Source: Eledone cirrhosa (lineage: Eukaryota). From it: a stretch of DNA of 64,000 nt. The stretch is from contig OZ024755.1 in the NCBI GenBank assembly GCA_964016885.1, positions 17,112,001 through 17,176,000 of the forward strand. The letters run 5' to 3'. The notes beneath the pieces were generated by a model, which had not been told where the DNA came from, ran no database searches, and was given only the letters and a program-made list of their open reading frames with translations. The position numbers and the translations under genes were made by a program. Of this stretch, positions 52,896 through 64,000 are shown piece by piece. Positions within the stretch are counted from its first letter, which is position 1. Every line of letters starts with the position of its first letter.

Positions 52896-53783
52896 TCTCC
52901 CCTCCCTTTATATATACTGGAAGCATTTTTTGTAACCAATGAAAGAAGTCATTGTTGTTGCACAACTCTTTTCCTGTACAATTTCATGATTTGTCAATGA
53001 CCTTTAAAGTCATCATACCAATTATTGTGTATTCTGTTAGTTTTACCATTTTCCCCACTAGCATTTATTTCAGTGACATAGACATGATATGTAAAGTTTA
53101 TAGAGATAAGATATAAATGTGAAACTGTCAGTCAATTTACAGATCATTAATTATTAACCCTTTCATTACCAACCTGGTCAAAACTGGCAACTCTTGTATC
53201 AAACAAAACCCACCCAATTTTAAATGATTCCTGTTTAAATTATATAGTTATTTATTTAATTATGTATTTAATCAGTTTAAACGTCTGTATAGAGCTCGTA
53301 AGCAATGACAAATTCAGGGAGGTATCCAGTAGGCGTTATAGTTAAGCAAACAAAAATAATTTTATATAAGATCTATATAAGTTACTATCTTTTACACACT
53401 TTCATGTAAAACACCCACCATCCTATGTCCTGTAATATCCCATTTCTTGTGCACCCTTGTAGCAAATAAATAAATCTATCTTAATAATGAAATAGTTAAT
53501 AATTTTAGTAAGTCTCTTGTAATTCTTCATTGATTAATATCATCATCATCATCCTTTTTACATTGACTTCTTCATGCTGGCATGGGTTGGACATGACATT
53601 TTGAGACAATGTTTTAAAGCCAGATGCCCTTCCTGACACTAACATTTTATATTGCTTAATCAATATACACAAACATAAATGATAAAATCATTTTAGCTAT
53701 TGGCACTTTTCTCTCAAAAGTCCCTAAAATCAAAATTATAAATTTTCCTCTCATTATTTTAACAAATAACAAACATACATTTA

Positions 53784-54220
53784 AGGGTGGTGGATTGGCA
53801 GTATCGGTAGAGGGTTGGATACCATGCTTTGCAGCATAGAGTTATGGCCTTTTATGATCTGAGTTCAAATCCTGTCAAGGTTAACTTTACCTTTCATCCT
53901 TATGGGGTCGATAAAATGAAGTACCAGTGACGCACTGGGGGTCGATTTAATCGACTTGCGCCTCCCCCAAAATTGCTGGCCTTGTGCCTATACTAGAAAC
54001 CATTATTCTAACAAACAAAAGGGCAGGGGCATTGGCAGAGTTTGTAGAGTGTCAGACAACATGCTTTGTGGCACAGAGTTACGTTCCTTTACATTCTGTT
54101 TTCAAATCCCATCCAGATTAGCTTTGCCTTTCACCTTTAGAGTTGGTAAAATAAGGTAATGCTAATGCACTTGGGTTGATTTAATCGACTTTCCCCTGTC
54201 CCCTTCAAATTGCTGGCCTA
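53784..54220 (+). mobile_element. Two adjacent Meta-type SINEs
   Basis: Copies at 53784-54006 and 54021-54220. Confidence 0.78.
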
Positions 54221-54291
54221 TTCTTTTAACAAACAAATAAACTGTCTTTTTTGTTAATGGTGTTTATTAACAAGTTTTGTATATATTTCAG

Positions 54292-54456
54292 AGTCTCATC
54301 AAAAGATGCAACCAAAATATTAATGATCACAAAGAATATGACAGTAAACTAGCTTCTTGTGATAAATGGTTGCAGAAGATGCAGCAAAAGCTTGATCATG
54401 TAGCAGATACTGGTGGTTCTAAAGATGACCTGGAAAGAAATTTGGAGAAAATTCAA
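54292..54456 (+). CDS. SYNE1: Nesprin-like spectrin-repeat exon 14
   Basis: tttcag|AGTCTC...ATTCAA|gtaaat; 165 nt; ...DHKEYDSKLASCDKWL...GSKDDLERNLEKIQ. Confidence 0.92.
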
Positions 54457-54644
54457 GTAAATATAGAAAAATTATTTATTTTCATGTTTATGTATTTATT
54501 TTGCAAGATTCTTGATATGAAATTGTGTTGAAAGAGATATTGTTATATTTGGGGAATGGTCACTTTGCCAATTTTGCCAATAAAAACACATGTACTATTA
54601 AATTTTCATTTTAGTTTTGTTATTAGTTACTTGTATTAGTTATT

Positions 54645-54689
54645 CATCAAAAGTCTTTCGTCACATGTTCTGTGACCTCTTCAATGACA
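54645..54689 (-). ncRNA. Degenerate minimal hammerhead motif
   Basis: TGTCA-TTGAAGA-G-GTCACA GAACA TGTGAC-GAAA-GACTTT-TGATG; C3 changed to U. Confidence 0.4.
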
Positions 54690-54979
54690 TCTGTTGTTCT
54701 TCTGCGTCTCCTCTTCTTTTTGGTCTCAATCCATTTACTCCAGCTTTTCTGTTTGGACAAGATGGACTAAAGAGATGAGAGAATTCTGGCTGGTTACGGC
54801 TGGTTTAAATGCTAAAGGGTTAATGAAATAAGAATGTTGGATCAGGGAAATCTTTGGAACATTAGATAAAATGTTTTGTGATATTTTTTTCTAGCTCTTT
54901 TCTCACTCTATGCTGCAAAACAATTGTTTTAATTTAATTTTTATTTTATCTATGACTTGTCACTTATTATTTTCTGCAG

Positions 54980-55306
54980 TATCTTCTTCAAGATCGAGAA
55001 GATGGATTGCAAAAACTGAATGCCTTACTTGAAACTGGTGAGAAGTTGATTCCAAATACAGGAACAGAAGGACGAGAGACAATACGTCAACAAAACCAAA
55101 ACAGGAAACAGCAATGGGAGACACTGTTTGAAGATCTATCTGGATGCCAACGTAAACTTGAACTAGCTCTCTTGCAATGGGTTTCCTTTGAAGACCACAA
55201 CTCTCAGATTGATCAATGGCTCAAGAACATTGAGTCACAGATTGAAGGGAACATACCTTTGATGTCTACATTAGAAGAGAAGAAACACCAACTGCAGACT
55301 TACAAA
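54980..55306 (+). CDS. SYNE1: Nesprin-like spectrin-repeat exon 15
   Basis: ctgcag|TATCTT...TACAAA|gtaaag; 327 nt; YLLQDREDGLQKLNALLETGEKLIPNTGTEGRETIRQQ...QWVSFEDHNSQIDQWL. Confidence 0.93.
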
Positions 55307-56305
55307 GTAAAGTTTCATTTATTCATCAATAATTTGTTATCTTATCTTAGAAATGTTATTTATGTTATGATATAGGGGAAAAATGTAAAGATTTTCAAAG
55401 TAAGTACACAGCCTAGATGTTATTCTGTTAGGGTAATGATTGTAAGATCATGGGTTCAATTGCTGGACCAGGGAGTGCATTGAGTTCTTGAACAAGACAC
55501 TTCATTTCACACTTCTCCAGTCCATAGCTGAAACATAAAAGTACCAGCAACAGTTTGGTATTAATCTATAACAGACTGGCATTGTATTTACTCTCAGCTC
55601 AGTCATTTAAAACTAATGAAACTAAGATTCACTTAAGACTGATGAGCCTCTGGGCTTGTGAAAGACTTTAATTTACTTTCCAAAGTAAAGAAAAATAAAT
55701 CTTGATCCAACAGAATGAAGTTTCTGCTCATGGAAATAAATTTGTTATAATCATCAATAAATTATGGTCTTAAATAAATGAATATTCTCTTTGGGTATCT
55801 GTAAAATATGCCCAGACCAAACTGCAGTATCCCTAAACTTGTAATTAATTTGGTACTGTTGTTGTTATGTTCTTGCTTCACATATTGAAACAATTATTTT
55901 AATCTATTTGTTACCATATTTCCAAAAGACACTGCTTATATATTTAAAATCTAGTAATGTCACTTTCTCACTATTAAGCTTGTGTTTGGAACATAACTTA
56001 ACAAAGATTATTATATGAACTTATTATGGAAAGATTTTAGATAAATATAAACATTTTAAAAAGCAAGTAGTTTTGTATCAATAGAACTAGGGTCAATTTC
56101 AACCAGTTTGGTATCAAAAGTATGAGAGAAAATTAGAATCTTTGATCTTTCCCTCTTTGTATTGTATCCAACATTTAATCAAGTCTTTATAAAAATTCTC
56201 TCATGATGATGATGATGATTATTATTATTATTATTAATGTTATTAACATTATGATATCAAAAAGCCTATAACTCATTGCTAAAAAAAAATAACAAAAGGC
56301 TAAAT

Positions 56306-56336
<31 letters not shown>

Positions 56337-56850
56337 CATATTTTTCAAGTCAACCCATTTTAAATAGTTAATTAGGTACTATGTTGTTAATTCCCCAACT
56401 CCAAAAAATGTGTGTGTGGAAGGGGGTGGGTATTTAATTTACTGTATTTTTAATTGTTACCATAGAAACAATCTTGGCTTGACTGTCCATATGCAATTTC
56501 AATTGAAATCAATACATATAAAGATGAAAGGATGGAACTATTTTTTTTCTTTTTGCCTTGTAATTTTACTAACCCTAGTAGCAATAAGGAAGTGGGTGTG
56601 AGCATATTTAATGCATGAAGTATTAAACAACAACAACAACTATATGAAATGTGTGATGAGATAACAGTTGATGGCTAGTAATATATGTGTTTATGCATAT
56701 GTTGTGCGTGTTTATATATGTGTGTGTCTATATACGTGTGTTCATATGTGGATGTATACATATATCTATATATATATATGTGTGTGTGTGTGTATATCTA
56801 TATATATATAAAGAGAGAGGTAGGTAGATATAGATAGATGTGTGTGCCTC

Positions 56851-56902
<52 letters not shown>

Positions 56903-56908
<6 letters not shown>

Positions 56909-57103
56909 CATATTAAACATATTAAACAACACAATATAATTATTCCATTACCAAAGGTTTCAGGAAACTTGACGATCCTTACAGAAACGTTTGGCTCGTT
57001 CATCAGATTAAATAGCTACCTATTTCATCTGATGAACGAGCCGGACGTTTTCTGAAACCTTTGATAATGGAATAATTATATTGAGTTGTTTATTATGTAA
57101 TTA
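56903..57103. mobile_element. Fold-back element with two hammerhead motifs (same family as 19443-19590)
   Basis: + arm: TATTTCAT-CTGATGA...GAAA-CCTTTGA-TA-ATGGAATA (57021-57074); - arm: CTGATGA...GAAA-CC TTT GG-TA-ATGGAATA (56941-57014); follows (TA)n. Confidence 0.72.
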
Positions 57104-58349
57104 AATAATCTATGATTAAAGGCATCCAAGCACAACCAGCAGTCCCCCCCCCCCTACCTCATTTTTTAGCAGATACAGTGTATCCAACATTACATAACCG
57201 AATGTGTCCTTTTTTTATGTAAGATGTGATTTGAGGTAGATATAGCTACTATTTTGAGCAGGTCAAACAATCTCATAGCATAGATCAGCTTGAACAGAGC
57301 TGATCTAGGTCTAAACAACACACCTTTATAATTATTTTTAGTATAAATAGATACACTGTACAAAGTGGGGATAGCCCCAAATGGAATGCTTTGATCATAA
57401 ATGAGCTTGAACAAGGCTGATCTGGGTCTAAATGATTCATCATTACACTTATTTTTAATATACCTAGAAACACAGTGTCTGATAAAAAAGAAGGTCTATG
57501 TCTAGATGCCTTTGATCATAGGTTAAATGGAACAGGGTTGACCTGGGGGTAAAAATACTTCATTGTACTTTTTTGTAGTATAACTAGATACACTGTGTCT
57601 GATAAAAAAAGAATAGGGTGGTTGCTTATGTCTGGGAGCCTTTGACCCTAGATTAGCTGGAACAGGGTTGATCTGGGGGTTAAAATACTCCATTGTACTT
57701 CTTTGTAGTTTAACAGAATTAATGCATTAGTTATACACTGTGAACTTAATACACTCTGAGTTTATAGATTATAGGTTAATATAATATTAGAAGTATATTG
57801 TTGTTTTTGTCTTTTATTCATTTAATTTAGTAATAGGAAATAAATCTTGATCTTGTTGAAATGTCTTCTTCATTGTTCATATACACACATGAACTTTATT
57901 TTGTATCAGCAACTTAGAGATTGTTTAAAATCAAAATTAATCCATATTAGAAGATTCTTCATAATCGGCTCAGCAGATAGACCAAAGAATTTTCATTTGT
58001 GGTTCTAAAGATTGTAAGACGTCATCGATGTAAATATTGAACAGAATTAAGTGAAAAACTTTGTTTTTCCTTTCAAATCTAATAAATGATTATGGTTAGT
58101 TTACTTAGTAAGTATAGTTGTTAAAACTGACACCAATGTATTACAGGTATGTATTTAAATGAACCTTGGGAGAATGAAAGGCTGAGTTGAGGCTGATATT
58201 GTTTAATACCAGAATGTAGAAAGATGAAAGTAAATGCTGTAATACTCAATCAATTCCCCCAACACCTATTACCTTCAAATAAACAAATAATAAACATTGA
58301 AGGAAGTCCTTGCAATTAAGATCAATATTCTATTTGTCATAACAACTGT

Positions 58350-58558
58350 TACTGATTTAGAACCAAAGCCAACAATTTTGGGGTAGGGGATAGTCAATTA
58401 AATCGACCCCAGTGTGTTACCAGTACTTTATTTTATTGACCCTATAAGGATGAAAAAGCTCAGTTCGACAGAATTTGAACTCTGACTGTAAAGGGACATA
58501 ACTATATGCCATAACGCATGTTGTCATATGCTCTGCCGATATTGGTAATCCACCACCC
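58350..58558 (-). mobile_element. Meta-type SINE
   Basis: Same family, diverged. Confidence 0.72.
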
Positions 58559-59669
58559 TTTGGTATAATAACAGTATGTTTGAACATACTAGATGCATAT
58601 TTTGTAAAAAGCTACAAATATTTTGCTCCAAAACCTTCTTCTGCTTTTACTGGTTTCTGTTAATAGACTGCAGCTGGAAATTCTTCACATATTTATATAT
58701 TTTGACAGAAGACAATTGGTTTTCGCTTTCTTCTATTGCATTTGTATTTTGTGCTCATAATTTGGCATTAATAATATGATTGGATGCCCTTCCTATCACC
58801 AGCACCACACACATACACACACCTTTATATGTGCATAAAAATGTATATATAACTCTGCTTTGTGGGTGCTTTTATTCATGCCAACAACACTTGATAGGTT
58901 GTTTTACTGGACTCGGGGGCCCTCTCCACTCATTTCCATACTTTGGCATGGTTTTATTGGCTGACAGCCACTTCCATCACCTCCATTTTACTGCTTGGAC
59001 CGGGTGCTTTTATTTGTTCCACCAACACTATAGATATCATATAGTTATTTGCTGATCAGAAAAAGGAAAGTTACTGATACATATCGTCATTCTCATTGCT
59101 TCTGCAGTTAGTTGCAATATGGTCTATTGTTCAATCAGATACTTATCTATCTATCTATCTATCTATCTGCCCATTTACCTACTTATCTTCCAAGCCTACC
59201 CACTACGTACGCTCCATCATTCTTCATCATTTATTGTCCGTTCTTTCATTCTGGTATTGGTTAGGTAGGCTGTATTCATGCAAGCATTTACACATATATG
59301 CAAATATACATAAATGTTCATACCCTATAGAGCAATAAACCATGTGAAGCAGTAACAGAATTGTGAAAGATGATATACACTACACATAATCCCATCAAGA
59401 AATTATTATAATTCACCAATAGTGAAATACCCTAAAGAATTGTTAATTTGTTAGTAACAAGTGTGAAGTTTACTATTCTGTTGTCCAAATGCCATCTAAT
59501 TTACCTTCGCCAGTCATCTCTGTAAGATTAACTCTTAACATCTTGCAATGATTTATCAGTAAATATCTTTAAATGGATTTATTAATTCAAATTATCATCA
59601 TCATCATGTATACATACACATATACACACATATATACACATATATATCCCTGCACACACTCGTATATAC

Positions 59670-59995
59670 GCACTCATATATATCACTCATATATATCTAC
59701 ACAAATATATATATGTGCACACATATATACACAACACTCATATATATCACTCATATATATCTACACAAATATATATATGTGCACACATATATACACAACA
59801 CTCATATATATCACTCATATATATCTACACAAATATATATATGTGCACACATATATACACAACACTCATATATATCACTCATATATATATCTACACAAAT
59901 ATATATATGTGCACACATATATACACAACACTCATATATATCACTCATATATATATATCTACACAAATATATATATGTGCACACATATATATACA
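59670..59995. repeat. Minisatellite of about 62-66 bp built from microsatellite-like sequence
   Basis: cactcatatatatcactcatatatatctacacaaatatatatatgtgcacacatatatacacaa x5. Confidence 0.85.
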
Positions 59996-60157
59996 CATAC
60001 ACATATATAGAACACACACATATACAAACACACATACACACACATATATATATATATATGTATACATACTCGCACACATACAAACACATATATATATGTA
60101 CATATACACACACTCACACACATAAAAACACATATATATGTATATGCATGTGTATGT

Positions 60158-60425
60158 ATCATCATCGTCATCATTTTTACGTCAGTTGCTCTATGCTTGC
60201 ATGGGTTAGGGTTAGGACAGCATCTCTCCAATCACCGAGTTCCTTAGTCATCTCCTCTGTAAGTCTCAGTGGTTTGAGAACAGCTCTTACCACTTCTGCC
60301 CAGGTCTTTCTTGGTTAATCTCTTCTGCAGTTTCCTACTACTGGGATATCCTGGTTCTTCTTCACCCAGCGATCATCATCTATCACCATCACATGTCTGT
60401 ATCAATGCATTCTATCTTCCACACC
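60158..60425 (-). mobile_element. Decayed RTE-type LINE 3' fragment
   Basis: Minus translation ...HVMVIDDDRWVKK...PRKTWAEVVRAVLK...DWRDAVL; (TGA)n tail. Confidence 0.7.
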
Positions 60426-61150
60426 TAATTAGTAGAGAGATTGCTGTGAAAAATTGTAGTAAATTAGAGTAACTACTAATTACTGTTATAATATACTACA
60501 CTAACTAGTAGGTTATAGTATACTACAGTAAGTAATTTATAATTTTGAGATTGAATTCTTCCAATACTTGTAAATGAATAAACAGTGTTGTCTCTGTTTG
60601 AGTCAGTGCATGAGTATATTTGAACTCATAGAAAATTGACAAAACTCAATACACCAATACACTTCTCCATATCCTCCTCCTCTCTCAGTTGTTTCTATAT
60701 TACATCTACCTGTCACCTACTTCATTGATTGTCTCTCTACTGACACTACCCACTGATCTCTGTCCTCTGAGGTATTTTTACTCAATGCTGTCCTTGATAT
60801 CATTGTGTTGTTTTAACAACTTTTCTTGTGTTGAGTTTTCTTATTTTTCTATGAATTCCAATACTTTTAGTTTTCTAGTTTGGAAATTTGAATCTATTTG
60901 CTAGATTTAAAATATAATATTAAACCGCAGCCATGTAGATTTATATCTCTTCTAGACAGAAAAGAAACTTTTTTTCTTTTTCTTCGTTAGATATCATATT
61001 GATAATTGCTGATCAGAAATAGGAATAGGACTTTCTCACTTTTTCAGCTGCTGCTAGTAACTCTTCTTTTGTTCAATAAAATTATTTAATCCTTGAAAGA
61101 GAATTTCTAAAAATATAATTTTTTTTTTTAAACTGCTATTTTCTCTGCAG

Positions 61151-61303
61151 GTGTTGCAGCATGATGTGCACTCTTACCAACCTGTGATTGATCGCATTAA
61201 TCAAAAACTACAACAACTGATGAAAAATGAGGACCAATCAGATTCCAGTAAATTCTCCAACCAAGTGAAAACACGATACAAGAAACTCAATGAGAAACTG
61301 AAG
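61151..61303 (+). CDS. SYNE1: Nesprin-like spectrin-repeat exon 16
   Basis: ctgcag|GTGTTG...CTGAAG|gtaaag; 153 nt; VLQHDVHSYQPVIDRINQK...KTRYKKLNEKLK. Confidence 0.92.
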
Positions 61304-61689
61304 GTAAAGCGTCAGAAAGAACATCTTTTCTCTTTTACTACTTTAATAACAAAGAAAAAATTTCAATAAAAATTTAACTCTTTAAAAAAACCCACATTAT
61401 TTTCAACACTTTATACAATGCTTCAAGCAAACTACAACTCCATCTTGAAAATTATATTATTCTCAATATTTCTGCACCATAGAACAAGCTGAATTTCTTT
61501 GTGTTTTATCCATCTGTAGTCAATTAACCAAGAATAGGATGGGTTCCATTTAATTAACTTTCCTTTTCACATGCTACAGTGGTTCCCCACTAATGATCTG
61601 TTGTTGATTAAGGAATGTCTTTATTTAATGAGTGCTAACTCAAGCAGTGTTAATATAGTGCCACATTCTACCAGCCTGGAGGTTGGCAG

Positions 61690-61899
61690 TTAACCCTTTA
61701 GCATTCACATTGCTCTATATATATTTTCATGGTAAAGGCTTTACCTCACATAATTATCTCACATAATATCGAATCTATGAGATTTTGAAAGTATTTATTT
61801 TGAGAACAATACCTTAACATCAGTTTGAGCGACCAGTTATAGCCAGTTTCAACAGAAAGAGGTAAAGAATTCTGGCTGGTTTGAACATTAAAGGGTTAA
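61690..61899. mobile_element. piggyBac-like MITE (TTAA TSD)
   Basis: TTAA-CCCTTTAGCATT...TTAAAGGG-TTAA; same interior. Confidence 0.8.
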
Positions 61900-61919
61900 T
61901 ATTTTAACAAATGTACTGC

Positions 61920-62615
61920 TCTATAAATATGACCAAGATATTTAATTGTTATATAACTAAGTAGATGGAGCCACTCTACTAACCTGCAGGTTAGAAGTTC
62001 ACATTCTGATACATATTCTTATTTAATGAGAGTTGTAACTAGCAGATTTAATGTAGTGCTACACTCTACCAGCCTGGAGGTTGGCAGTTCACATCCTAAC
62101 ACTATTGCTCAGTAAATGTGACCAAGGTTTTTAATTGTTATATAACTAAGTACACGGAGCTGATGTACCACCCTGGAGGTTGGCAGTTCACATCCTAACA
62201 CTATTGCTCAGTAAATGTGACCAAGGTTTTTAATTGTTATATAACTAAGTACACGTAGCTGATGTACCACCCTGGAGGCTGGCAGTTCAAATCCTAACAC
62301 TATTTCTCTGTAAATGTGACCAAGGTTTTTAATTGTTATATAACTAAGTACACGGAGCTGATGTACCACCCTGGAGGTTGGCAGTTCACATCCTAACAGT
62401 AAATGTGACCAAGGTTTTTAATTGTTATATAACTAAGTACACGTAGCTGATGTACCACCCTGGAGGTTGGCAGTTCACATCCTAACAGTAAATGTGACCA
62501 AGGTTTTTAATTGTTATATAACTAAGTACACGGAGCTGATGTACCACCCTGGAGGCTGGCAGTTCAAATCCTAACACTATTTCTCTGTAAAAGTTATATA
62601 AGTAAGTAGACGGAA
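61920..62615. repeat. 99/89 bp tandem repeat, about 6 copies
   Basis: taactaagtacacggagctgatgtaccaccctggaggttggcagttcacatcctaac... starts at 62143, 62242, 62341, 62430, 62519. Confidence 0.9.
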
Positions 62616-63052
62616 CTATGGACTTGATAATGGATTCTCCATTGGTTTTGATGATGAGTATTTAGTTGTTCCATCAACTCGATGTCCGACTTTCTAACTA
62701 ATGTGTAACTGGTTGAGAAAAACTAGCTCTGTCAAGCCAAAATAGCTGAAGATATACTTTATAGCCCAATGGCTATCGTTTTCAGTATGTATTAACTATG
62801 AAATATGTAGGTCATATCTATGAAACTAAATGACAGAAATCTCTCAATCAAACAAAGAAATATTACATTTGTGATATCTCATCTCTTACAGAGATATCTC
62901 ACTTCCATGTTGTCTAATAAAAGAAATAAGTGACATTTGTTGAATATCATAAAAAAAAGTATCCCACTTTACTCTAGAACTCAACTTTATTTCTTCCTGC
63001 TATCTGAATAATTCTATTAGACCTCATTAGGCAGTTTTTGTCAGAGGTGGAA

Positions 63053-63053
<1 letters not shown>

Positions 63054-63148
<95 letters not shown>

Positions 63149-63503
63149 ATATATATGTATGTGTGTGTGTGTATATGTATGTATATATATGTATGTGTGT
63201 GTGTGTATATGTATGTATATATATGTGTGTGTGTGTGTATATGTATATATGTGTGTGTGTGTGTGTATATGTATATATATATGTGTGTGTGTGTGTATAT
63301 GTATATATATATATGTGTGTGTGTATGTATGTATGTATATATATGTGTGTGTGTGTGTGTGTATGTATGTATATATATATGTGTGTGTGTGTGTGTATAT
63401 GCATGTATATATATATATGTGTGTGTGTGTGTATATGTATGTATATATATGTGTGTGTGTGTAACTGTATGTATATATATATGTGTGTGTGTGTATATGT
63501 ATG

Positions 63504-63546
<43 letters not shown>

Positions 63547-63815
63547 ATATATGTGTGTGTGTGTATATGTATGTATATATATGTGTGTGTGTATATATAT
63601 ATATATATACATATACATATGTATGTATATATATATATATATATGTATATGTGTGTTTATATATATATATGTATATGTGTGTTTATATATATATATATGT
63701 ATATGTGTGTTTATATATATATATATATATGTGTATATGTGTGTTTATATATATATATATATATACATATACATATGTATATATATATATATATATATAT
63801 GTGTGTATGTATGTG
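63054..63815. repeat. (TG)n/(TA)n microsatellite
   Basis: Direct inspection. Confidence 0.95.
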
Positions 63816-64000
63816 CCTTAATACGCTCTTACATGACTCATACCAATTAAGGTATATTGTTTCAATGTGTAACTCTCTTTTTAAACTGTCAAGTGTTATT
63901 CTCTTGGAAGTCTTGTCACCAATAAAAGTTAGCTGCATTAATGAGATACTTTTTTTTCCAGTATGAGACATTAAAAAAAATAAGAAAGATTTAAAAAAGA

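Noticed and set aside
55636-55672. CTGATGA-GCC TCTG GGC-TTGT-GAAA hammerhead-like string
   Set aside because: Four extra nucleotides before GAAA, no stem I, and it sits in the 3' end of a decayed SINE.
62156-62200. CTGATGT motif in the 99 bp tandem repeat as a retrozyme
   Set aside because: A9 missing and no GAAA or stem III in the unit.

Overview
Eukaryotic, very AT-rich animal genomic DNA. The repeat landscape (tRNA-derived SINEs with a Meta-type core, RTE-type LINE ends with (TGA)n/(GAA)n tails, very long (TA)n/(TG)n tracts) suggests a coleoid cephalopod such as Octopus; this is inference. The whole window lies inside one + strand gene. Sixteen GT-AG exons (990-61303, 3369 nt, about 1123 aa, frame-consistent) encode tandem spectrin repeats of a giant nesprin-1/Msp300-like protein, and neither end of the gene is in the window. 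Almost all ORFs in the supplied track are microsatellite artefacts. The most notable non-genic signal is a set of short fold-back (inverted-repeat) elements next to (TA)n tracts. Their arms carry type I hammerhead-ribozyme cores (CUGANGA...GAAA...UH) with minimal, often palindromic stem III, arranged head-to-head and pointing outwards. They fall into several sequence families and resemble Penelope-like pLTR or retrozyme remnants; one solo motif has a compensatory U3-A8 core. Also seen: a candidate alternative or terminal exon in the 23 kb intron, a four-spectrin-repeat higher-order exon periodicity, TTAA and TA MITEs, a tandem SINE train, and several minisatellites. All structures were derived by eye.
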